A stretch of DNA of 52,746 nucleotides. Origin: an uncultured Bacilli bacterium (lineage in GTDB: Bacteria > Bacillota_I > Bacilli_A > RF39 > UBA660). The notes beneath the pieces are model-generated. The model saw nothing but the letters and a program-made list of their open reading frames with translations, had not been told where the DNA came from and ran no database searches. Each line of letters begins with the position of its first letter. Positions within the stretch are counted from its first letter, which is position 1. Shown here piece after piece: positions 43,518-50,958 of the stretch. The position numbers and the translations under genes were made by a program. The DNA is taken from positions 1 through 52,746 of the forward strand of contig CALVRW010000042.1 of the NCBI GenBank assembly GCA_944358795.1, in the 5' to 3' direction.

Positions 43518-44567
43518 CTAAGAAGATGGCAATTTATTTTTCCATAAACAAGATTCATACATCTTTTTTTGATAATGATAACTATTGCAATGATTAGAAT
43601 GTGCAACCCAAGAATTCCAACTAGCAATAGCATATGTTTCATCTAAATTACCACATAAATAATGTTGATTCCATTTTTTAATCTTTTTTCTTATTTTCTT
43701 TTTACTTCTCTGTTTTAATAAACGATGTGTTTCAAAAATTCGATAACCACAAAAAGTAACACCAAAATGATTTGGCATATACCTACTTTTATGATTTAAT
43801 TCCAACTTTAAATTTTTTTCAATATAACTTTTTACTACTAATAATACTTGTTTTGCTTCTTCTTTTCCTGGTACAAGAATAATAAAATCATCCATATATC
43901 GAATGTAATATTTTAAATGTAATTGCTCTTTTACATAATGATCCAATTCATTTAATAAGATATTTGCAAAAAATTGACTAGTATAATTTCCAATTGGAAT
44001 TCCTAATTCCATATCATCATCAAAAATCAAATGCCACGTAAAGTCTAGCAATTTCTTATCTGCTATATGCTTTTTCATAATAAGAAATAATGTTTCTTTA
44101 TGAATATTATAAAAAAACTTTTTAATATCACACTTTATAATATAATAACTACCATACTCACGTTTCATAATTCTCATATAATACTGTAGTTTTTCTACTG
44201 CTTTATGTGTTCCTCTATTCTCTAGACAAGCATAAGAATCAATGATAAATTTTGGTTCAATATAAGGTTTAATGAATTCATGCACATACCATTGATGTAC
44301 AACCCTATCTCGATACGGTAATGCTCTAATTAATCTCTCCTTTGGCTCATAGATTGTAAAATTATGATACTTTCCGGCATGATATGTACCTTTTTTTATT
44401 TGACTTACTAAATTAGATAAATTATTTTCTAAATCTAGCTCAAACTTCATAACCGTCACTTTACTTGCCTTTTGTTGTTTTGCCCGATTATGTGCTTCCC
44501 ACATTTTAATTACTGTAAGGCGCTTCATAAATTCATTCTTTATTGTTTTCGACAAGCCTTCATCCAT
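43518..44567 (-). CDS. DGR reverse transcriptase
   Basis: EPKERLI, YRDRVVH, KCDIKKFF, IPIGNYTSQ, YIRYMDD, FCGY; start may be TTG at 44555; overlaps avd. Confidence 0.96.
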   Translation of the reverse strand: MDEGLSKTIKNEFMKRLTVIKMWEAHNRAKQQKASKVTVMKFELDLENNLSNLVSQIKKGTYHAGKYHNFTIYEPKERLIRALPYRDRVVHQWYVHEFIKPYIEPKFIIDSYACLENRGTHKAVEKLQYYMRIMKREYGSYYIIKCDIKKFFYNIHKETLFLIMKKHIADKKLLDFTWHLIFDDDMELGIPIGNYTSQFFANILLNELDHYVKEQLHLKYYIRYMDDFIILVPGKEEAKQVLLVVKSYIEKNLKLELNHKSRYMPNHFGVTFCGYRIFETHRLLKQRSKKKIRKKIKKWNQHYLCGNLDETYAIASWNSWVAHSNHCNSYHYQKKMYESCLWKNKLPSS

Positions 44568-44896
44568 CCTCCCATTAAGTTAGATATATTCGTAATCTTT
44601 TTACTCCACGCCGCATAATTTTTACCACTAATATATTTATTTTTATAAGAAATACGAACGAATACTTTTAAAACTTTTAATTTCACATCTAATTCATTTA
44701 AATATTTTAATTTAGATATCCGATCAATTGATTTATAGCAATATAAAATACATTCTAACCCTTCATTCGTTTTTAATTTAATATCCGTTACCAATGCATA
44801 ACGTTCTACTTTAGGAAACTTTTTTAATATCATATTTTCATAATACATTAATTCTACATACTGCTTATAAATCATTAACGTTTCTACTTCATTCAT
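44540..44896 (-). CDS. avd: DGR accessory variability determinant (Avd, four-helix bundle)
   Basis: FPKVERYAL, L.ELDVKL..LK.FVR, IS..MGGW; immediately upstream of the RT. Confidence 0.92.
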   Translation of the reverse strand: MNEVETLMIYKQYVELMYYENMILKKFPKVERYALVTDIKLKTNEGLECILYCYKSIDRISKLKYLNELDVKLKVLKVFVRISYKNKYISGKNYAAWSKKITNISNLMGGWMKACRKQ

Positions 44897-45260
44897 TTAT
44901 TACTTTCTCCTTTAATTCATTTAATATTTCTAACGCCTTTAATGGTGTCAAAGAATTAATATCTAACTGTCGCAAATACTCCATGATTTCAAGACTAAAT
45001 TCTTTTCTTTCTTCATTTCCAATTATTTCATACTCACAATCGAGATTATCTAACATCATTTTATATTTTTCATAACTATTAATAGGAAACCCACATTTAT
45101 TAATCTGATCATTTAACTTGGTTAGTTTTAAACCTAATTTCCGACCATATTGTTCTGCATCATCCGCAAGTAATAAATAAAATATACCACTTTTCAACAC
45201 ATATATTTTACTAAAATCTTTTTGTTTTAATTCACAATACTTATTATATAACTTACTCAT
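44889..45260 (-). CDS. Mini-MutS-like DGR accessory protein (MutS domain I plus MutS-like C-terminal motif)
   Basis: Y.ELK...KSGIFY....DDA...LGLKLT...CGFP (domain I); LDINSLTPLKALEILNELK (MutS C-terminus-like); overlaps the avd start. Confidence 0.85.
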   Translation of the reverse strand: MSKLYNKYCELKQKDFSKIYVLKSGIFYLLLADDAEQYGRKLGLKLTKLNDQINKCGFPINSYEKYKMMLDNLDCEYEIIGNEERKEFSLEIMEYLRQLDINSLTPLKALEILNELKEKVINE

Positions 45261-45284
45261 ACTATCACCTACAGTTTACTTCTA

Positions 45285-45317
45285 AAAAATAGGTAGCACT
45301 TTTTTGTACTACCTATT
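45285..45317 (-). terminator. Terminator-like hairpin between TR and the accessory genes
   Basis: AATAGGTAGTAC-AAAAAA-GTGCTACCTATT-TTTT on the minus strand. Confidence 0.6.
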
Positions 45318-45481
45318 CATATTCCATATAATTTCATGTTCATCATTTTACTACTAACAAAATTATACTATTCATTTTTTTATTCACATTGTGAAAAGGA
45401 ATCAATCATCTAAGATAATCATTATGATTAAGTGCCTTGACTTAAACTTTAAACGAATCAATTTGATTTTATACCATAGTC

Positions 45482-45617
45482 TGCTGACCACGACACCACG
45501 AGCCGAGATGTTACTGTTCCCGTTACCGTTGTTGTTGTTCGAGTTGAACACACCTGCGTTCGAATCATTGTTGTAGTTACCACCGCGGTTCACCCAAGGG
45601 TTGGATGAGTTAGGCAT
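45482..45617 (-). repeat. DGR template repeat (TR), 136 bp
   Basis: Aligns ungapped to VR at a +280 offset; 39 adenines and 15 AAY codons on the minus strand. Confidence 0.97.
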
Positions 45618-45644
45618 CATGACTTGATTTAGATTAATCCCTGT

Positions 45645-45679
45645 ATTCTGCAAACCGTAAAAGAGGCGGTTTGCAGAAT
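45645..45679. other. Perfect 13-bp hairpin 5' of TR
   Basis: ATTCTGCAAACCG-9 nt-CGGTTTGCAGAAT. Confidence 0.85.
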
Positions 45680-45743
45680 GGCGTTATCCTTATTTTACAA
45701 ATTACTTCTATATCTTCTTTTCCATATTCTTTCTTCTAAGAGA

Positions 45744-45759
45744 TAGTCGCTAGCGACTA
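45744..45759. other. Palindrome 3' of VR/IMH (putative retrohoming hairpin/cruciform)
   Basis: Perfect 16-bp palindrome TAGTCGCTAGCGACTA including the target stop codon; absent after TR. Confidence 0.8.
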
Positions 45760-47295
45760 GTTGCTGACCACGACACCACGAGCCGAGATGTCACTGTACC
45801 CGTCACCGTTGCCGTTGTTCGAGTAGAACACACCTGCGTCCGAATCAGAGCTGCAGCCACCACCGCGGACCACCCAAGGGTTGGATGAGTTAGGCATATA
45901 TCCATAGTCTTCATACCAATGTTTTGTTGATGATACATAAACCTCTTTCATCGCATCCCCTAATTTACTAATACTATGATTATTATTACTTGTATTATAA
46001 TCATATTGGTCATAATATTTACTATCTGGGGCACTCGTAAATCCACTACTTGCTGTGTTAAAACTTCCATCTTGTTTTGCACTACTAGCCATTACATATT
46101 CATAAGCTCCTCCACTCATATCAAAGATTCCAGTAATGTTCCCTGTCGTACTTTGGTTATATGTTCCATTCCCTTTACTTCCGTAGGCATTTTTACAAGT
46201 GCTTGTACTACTTTCACTAGCGTTATCTGCTCCACATCCTGTTGTATAACTACTATTGTTGTTCAGTATAACTTCTCCATTTTTTCCATATTTACTATGT
46301 GTTAGGTATGCCACTGCTCCCCATTCACTATTTTTCATCATATGACTATCATAACTACTTAGTCCATAATTACTTCCCATACTTTTTATCGTATTAAAGA
46401 AACTACTAATATTTAAACTTCTCAAGGAAGAAACATTTGGTTTGATGGTTGGACTTGACGCTGTTCCCGTCATCTCAAATTTTCCAACCCATAGTCCTGA
46501 TAATTCTGTACTCCCAAAGGTAAATGCTGGATGCGTTAGCCATTCTCCATTTTTTGTACCAGTACTTTTTGGTGTACTCTTACTTTCAAATTCGATTTTG
46601 ATTTCTTGTGGTTGAGATTCATTTCCTTCCACATTCCATAATTGATATTTATATCTTGGTATCCATACATAATAAGCTAAGATATCTGATTCAGTAATTG
46701 TTGTTCCATCACTTGCACTTTTATACTTATCTCTTGAATCATTTGTTACTGCTACAGCATTGGCCCATTTCTTTTGATCGTAATCATACCAATCACCATT
46801 AACATCTGCTTTTACGGTTTTTCCATTACTATCAAATGTTACTGGGATCATTCCATCTTGGATTACTGGGGATCCATCATTACTACTTCCTCCTCCAGTA
46901 ACACATTCTGCTTCTGTTTTCTTACTTTCATCAATGGTCACTTCTTCAGTATCATAATCTTTTACCACACAATATCCATTAATCCAAGCACGAAGTTGTG
47001 TTTTCATTTCTTTATCGATATCAAGTGTAAATTTGGTTGGTTTCGTTCCTTTCATTGGTAGGTTACTACCTTCATCATAATGAAATGGTGGAGTAATATT
47101 GTCTAGTCCAGAAGTTGCTGCTTCCAACTCTCCAGCTTTTATGACACTATAGCCTGCATCTCTTGCAGCACTCTTTTTCGCATCATTTATTACATTCATA
47201 ATTAGTGGAGTAGCGATTAGGGCGATAACTGCTAATATAACGATAACCGCAAGTAACTCTATTAACGTAAATCCTTGATATGTTTTTTCCTTCAT
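45757..47295 (-). CDS. DGR target: type IV prepilin-like protein with C-terminal CLec/FGE-like variable domain
   Basis: QG|FTLIELLAVIVILAVIA class III signal; TGIFDMSGGAYEYV and WVVRGG CLec-type motifs; VR at the 3' end; ATG 47295 follows AAGGAG. Confidence 0.93.
   Translation of the reverse strand: MKEKTYQGFTLIELLAVIVILAVIALIATPLIMNVINDAKKSAARDAGYSVIKAGELEAATSGLDNITPPFHYDEGSNLPMKGTKPTKFTLDIDKEMKTQLRAWINGYCVVKDYDTEEVTIDESKKTEAECVTGGGSSNDGSPVIQDGMIPVTFDSNGKTVKADVNGDWYDYDQKKWANAVAVTNDSRDKYKSASDGTTITESDILAYYVWIPRYKYQLWNVEGNESQPQEIKIEFESKSTPKSTGTKNGEWLTHPAFTFGSTELSGLWVGKFEMTGTASSPTIKPNVSSLRSLNISSFFNTIKSMGSNYGLSSYDSHMMKNSEWGAVAYLTHSKYGKNGEVILNNNSSYTTGCGADNASESSTSTCKNAYGSKGNGTYNQSTTGNITGIFDMSGGAYEYVMASSAKQDGSFNTASSGFTSAPDSKYYDQYDYNTSNNNHSISKLGDAMKEVYVSSTKHWYEDYGYMPNSSNPWVVRGGGCSSDSDAGVFYSNNGNGDGYSDISARGVVVSN
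45762..45897 (-). repeat. DGR variable repeat (VR), 136 bp
   Basis: 15 mismatches to TR, all at TR adenines (10 A>G, 4 A>T, 1 A>C). Confidence 0.97.
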
Positions 47296-47325
47296 TCTTT
47301 TATTCACTCCTTCTATTCTATTAGT

Positions 47326-47370
47326 AGTATACCATTTTTTTAGTACACTAGCAACCTATTTTTTTCGACA
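47326..47370 (-). promoter_or_regulatory. SigA-type promoter of the DGR target with upstream Spo0A-box match
   Basis: TTGCTA-17 bp-TATACT with TGn; TGTCGAA at 47364-47370. Confidence 0.65.
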
Positions 47371-47403
47371 TTTTTTTAACTTTGTCACCTTCTTCTTACT
47401 CTT

Positions 47404-47482
47404 CAAAAGAAAATGGAGGAGGGCTAAATCGCCTCCCTCATTTTTGCTATTTGCTAATGAAGAGAACTACCATATTTTACAA
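47404..47482 (-). ncRNA. Candidate ~80-nt small RNA
   Basis: Promoter TTGACT-17-TACAAT (TGn) at 47487-47515, then a GC-rich hairpin and T run at about 47405-47444; no sizeable ORF. Confidence 0.4.
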
Positions 47483-47511
47483 TCACATTGTAACAGTTTT
47501 TTTTACACCAG

Positions 47512-48105
47512 TCAACATTGTTTTTCTTTTTTCGAATTTATTTTTTGGTAAGCATAGTATAGGCAAAGTGGGTTTCCCTCTTTTGCTACTTGTATTCTAT
47601 TCTTTTTTACATGCATATACATATCGCATCTTTTATTCTGTTTATAATTAGCTTCTCTTAAAGAATCCATTAAAATATTTTCATTATCTGTTGGATAATA
47701 TAACTCAACTTCATTTCCAAGTATAAGTTGTTCTAATAATCTACTTTTGAATTGTTTTGAAAAATAGTCCATTGTTTCAATCGAGTTAATATATTCATTT
47801 GTATAATTACCACAACTAAATATTAATAAAATTGATTTCCATAATTTTAAATCTTGCAAAGTAGGATTTACTAATTCATTTCTCCACCAATCGCTAGCAA
47901 TTTGTATCATTTGGTTTAACTGCACCTTATTATCATACATTTGATAGCAATAAAGTAATTGTTCTAATTCTAAAAGATCTTCTTCCGTATATTCCTCTTT
48001 TATCTTATGACATAATCCCATCTGTTCTAAATACTCATTTAATGAAATTTCTCCCTCATTCTTTATTTGATAACCATTCTTTACATATTGTTCTTTAGAA
48101 TTCAT
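47512..48105 (-). CDS. Hypothetical protein
   Basis: 197-aa ORF with AAGGAGG RBS directly after spmB. Confidence 0.7.
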   Translation of the reverse strand: MNSKEQYVKNGYQIKNEGEISLNEYLEQMGLCHKIKEEYTEEDLLELEQLLYCYQMYDNKVQLNQMIQIASDWWRNELVNPTLQDLKLWKSILLIFSCGNYTNEYINSIETMDYFSKQFKSRLLEQLILGNEVELYYPTDNENILMDSLREANYKQNKRCDMYMHVKKNRIQVAKEGNPLCLYYAYQKINSKKEKQC

Positions 48106-48117
48106 TGATACCTCCTT

Positions 48118-48639
48118 TCAAAAAAAGATGTTCATAACAACAACACTGGCAATAATTCCAATTAAGTCTGCAAATAAACCTGCCCATAGTGCATGTTTTA
48201 TTTTTTTTATTCCAATACTACCAAAATAAAGAGTAATAATATAAAAGGTCGTATCTGTTGATCCTTGGATAATAGACGCTAAACGACCAATAAAACTATC
48301 AGGACCATAGTTCATTAATACATTGTTTAATAGTGCTAAAGTGGAACTACCAGAAATAGGTCTTAGAATTGCCATTGGTACAATTTCACTCGGTAAATTT
48401 AAAAAATTAAAAAAGGGTTTTATCCAATCAATGATCGTAGTTAATAAACCACTTTGAACAAAAATATTAATTCCTAAAATCATTCCTAATAAACAAGGAA
48501 ATAAACTTAAAATCATACCAAACGATTCTTTTGAACCGTCGACAAATACATCATAAATATCTACTTTTTTATAAATCCCATATCCAACTACAAATAATAC
48601 CATCAAAGGTATTACACAATTTGATAACACTTGTATCAA
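48118..48639 (-). CDS. spmB: Spore maturation protein B
   Basis: RPISGS, YGPDSFIGR, GSTDTTFY; TTG start overlapping the spmA stop. Confidence 0.93.
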   Translation of the reverse strand: MIQVLSNCVIPLMVLFVVGYGIYKKVDIYDVFVDGSKESFGMILSLFPCLLGMILGINIFVQSGLLTTIIDWIKPFFNFLNLPSEIVPMAILRPISGSSTLALLNNVLMNYGPDSFIGRLASIIQGSTDTTFYIITLYFGSIGIKKIKHALWAGLFADLIGIIASVVVMNIFF

Positions 48640-49217
48640 TGATAATACCTCCTTGCTAAAATACGATCGAGAAATAATCCTGCGATGGTTGCACACATTG
48701 TTGCGATAATACAAGGGAAAACGATTTCAGTAGGATTCACACTTTTATGTAGCATTCTAAGGGAAATGATTGTTGTTGGTACAATTGTCATTCCGCTGGT
48801 ATTTAAAACTAAAAAAGTAATCATACTACGACTTGCCGTATCTTTCTTTGGATTTATTGTTTGTAAAGACTTCATTGCTTTTAATCCAAATGGCGTTGCA
48901 GCATTTCCAAGACCGAATAAATTGACAATGATATTAGAAGCAATATAACTAAGTGATTCATGTCCTTTTGGTATTTCTGGAAATAATTTTGTTAAAAAAG
49001 GAGATAAGCGGTATGCCATCTTTTTTAATAATCCTGAGACTGTTGCGATATTCATAATTCCCATCCAAAGTGCCATAACGGGAAGAATTTGTATCACCAT
49101 ATCAAAAGATTGTTTTGTACTATCTAAAATCTGCTTATTTAAAAGTTCTAATTGTCCTGTTAGAAAGCAAAAGCAAATACCACTAATAATGAAAAATCCC
49201 CAAATTTTATTTACCAT
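48636..49217 (-). CDS. spmA: Spore maturation protein A
   Basis: NLFGLGNAATPFGLKAM, MITFLVLNT. Confidence 0.95.
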   Translation of the reverse strand: MVNKIWGFFIISGICFCFLTGQLELLNKQILDSTKQSFDMVIQILPVMALWMGIMNIATVSGLLKKMAYRLSPFLTKLFPEIPKGHESLSYIASNIIVNLFGLGNAATPFGLKAMKSLQTINPKKDTASRSMITFLVLNTSGMTIVPTTIISLRMLHKSVNPTEIVFPCIIATMCATIAGLFLDRILARRYYH

Positions 49218-50299
49218 AAATTACGAATCCAATCTAAAATACTAGATTTTCTTTCTTTCTTTTCTTTTTTATCTCTAAATATAATCTCTTGTTTTGCTAG
49301 TACTTCATCATCAATTTTTGCTTCAACAACACCTACAATATCCCCGTCTTTCGGCTTTCTATTTTTCTTTAATTGATAGTGAAGCACTACATTATCTTTT
49401 TCATTTTCCATAAGGGCAATCGATAAATCTTTTTTAATTTCTAATGTATCATGTTTATAATAATTATCATCTTTGATTTTAATCTTTCCTTTTTTTAGAA
49501 ATACATATTTTTTATAATTTTGAAATCCATATTCATGTAAATTTTTGTGATCTTGAAAATCGTTTCCATCATCTAATGTTACAACTGCTAAATTAAGGTT
49601 GTCTTTACTAGCTGTAGATACTAAAGTTCTTCTAGCTTTTTTGGTAAAACCAGTTTTCCCTCCTGTTGCATATTCATAAGTAGTAAGCAATTTATTTTTG
49701 TTATGCCATACATAATGATTTTTATTTGTTTTTAATACATATTTTTTCGTACCTGTTATTTTTCTAAATGTCTCATTTTGCATCGCATAACTCGTTAATA
49801 ATACCATGTCATAAGCAGTCGAAAAATTTCCTTTTTCCTCTTCTTCATCTAAACCACTTGGATTATGAAAGGTTGTATTATTCATACCAATTTCTTTAGC
49901 TTTTTGATTCATCATATCTACAAATTTTTTCACACTACCACCTACATAATCGGCTATTGCTAAAGCAGCATCATTTCCACTTCTTAACATGAGTCCATAT
50001 ACTAAATCTTCTAACGTTAATTTTTCTCCTACTTTAATATAGATTCCAGAACCATAAGCTTTTAAAACCACATCATTAATCGTAACCGTTTTATCTAATT
50101 TTCCTGATTCTATTGCTAAAATTGCTGTCATAATTTTAGAGATACTAGCAATACTTCTTACTTCATTACTATTTTTAGAATATAGTACTCTACCAGAATC
50201 AGTATCTACTAAAATACTACTTCTTGCACTATCTCCTATCGCAAATACTTGCATTGGTAAGAGAACAAGTAATACGATTCCTACAACTATTTTCTTCAT
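49211..50299 (-). CDS. dacB: D-Ala-D-Ala carboxypeptidase (spore cortex PBP5*)
   Basis: ASISK, SGNDAA, KTG; dacB-spmA-spmB synteny. Confidence 0.9.
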   Translation of the reverse strand: MKKIVVGIVLLVLLPMQVFAIGDSARSSILVDTDSGRVLYSKNSNEVRSIASISKIMTAILAIESGKLDKTVTINDVVLKAYGSGIYIKVGEKLTLEDLVYGLMLRSGNDAALAIADYVGGSVKKFVDMMNQKAKEIGMNNTTFHNPSGLDEEEEKGNFSTAYDMVLLTSYAMQNETFRKITGTKKYVLKTNKNHYVWHNKNKLLTTYEYATGGKTGFTKKARRTLVSTASKDNLNLAVVTLDDGNDFQDHKNLHEYGFQNYKKYVFLKKGKIKIKDDNYYKHDTLEIKKDLSIALMENEKDNVVLHYQLKKNRKPKDGDIVGVVEAKIDDEVLAKQEIIFRDKKEKKERKSSILDWIRNLW

Positions 50300-50351
50300 A
50301 CAATCACCTAATTTATGTATATGAAAAAAAGGTCGAGTTAGAACTCGCCTT

Positions 50352-50891
50352 TTAATATTTATAAATTCCATGTATTTTATCTTCTTGTTCTTCTGTAAGA
50401 TCTTCTAATTCCCATTCTTTTCCATCTTTTTTTAGATTCATTTCCATTGTATATTTTACTCTATCTTTCGTTTTTTCCATTTGATCTAAACGATAGTTTA
50501 AATATTTTTCTTCGTCATATTCTCCTTTTTCATTTTGGAATTTTTCTGGATGATCATTCAATTCTTTTTCTGCTTGTTCAAATACTTTAGAATAATCTCG
50601 TACTTCTATTTCTACTGTTACAGTTGCTTTATCAGCATTAATTTCTTCTTCTTTTACGTCATAAATTAATTCTTGATAGTGTTTTTTCATTAAATCACGA
50701 TAACGTTTTCTTTGTTCTGAATTAAACAATTCTTCTTCCTGAACAACTTTGTCTAAATCATCCATCACGTCTTCATTAAGCGTTTGATAATCAGCTAGAA
50801 AAAGTTCTACTTGTTTCGTTGGTGTATTATACATCGTTTCACATCCTGTTAGTAATAGTAGGACAAGTATTATTGTTATTATTTTTTTCAT
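50352..50891 (-). CDS. Lipoprotein of unknown function
   Basis: MKKII...LLLTGC lipobox. Confidence 0.8.
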   Translation of the reverse strand: MKKIITIILVLLLLTGCETMYNTPTKQVELFLADYQTLNEDVMDDLDKVVQEEELFNSEQRKRYRDLMKKHYQELIYDVKEEEINADKATVTVEIEVRDYSKVFEQAEKELNDHPEKFQNEKGEYDEEKYLNYRLDQMEKTKDRVKYTMEMNLKKDGKEWELEDLTEEQEDKIHGIYKY

Positions 50892-50958
50892 ATGGTTCCT
50901 CCTACTTTTATTGTGGTATAGATTTTTGGTTTTATACAAAAAGAAACACAAGGTTTCT

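Larger units (their letters stand above)
43518..47295 (-). mobile_element. Diversity-generating retroelement: target(VR)-TR-mini-MutS-avd-RT
   Basis: RT, Avd and a TR/VR pair with exclusively adenine-position mismatches. Confidence 0.97.

Noticed and set aside
43518-44567. RT as a group II intron or retron RT
   Set aside because: Short RT with GNYTSQ motif, adjacent avd and a TR/VR pair; no intron domain V or retron VTG motif seen.
45383-45395. TTCACA-T-TGTGAA palindrome downstream of TR
   Set aside because: Short and AT-rich; cannot be distinguished from chance without homologues.
45402-45653. 83-aa Asn-rich ORF
   Set aside because: It is the TR read in the VR frame; TRs are stop-free by design and there is no convincing RBS.
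45482-45897. TR/VR as a simple duplication or CRISPR-like repeat
   Set aside because: Only two copies, no spacers, and mismatches are strictly adenine-specific.
47382-47651. 89-aa plus-strand ORF as a type I toxin
   Set aside because: Weak start with no RBS, overlaps the opposite-strand gene; evidence is insufficient.
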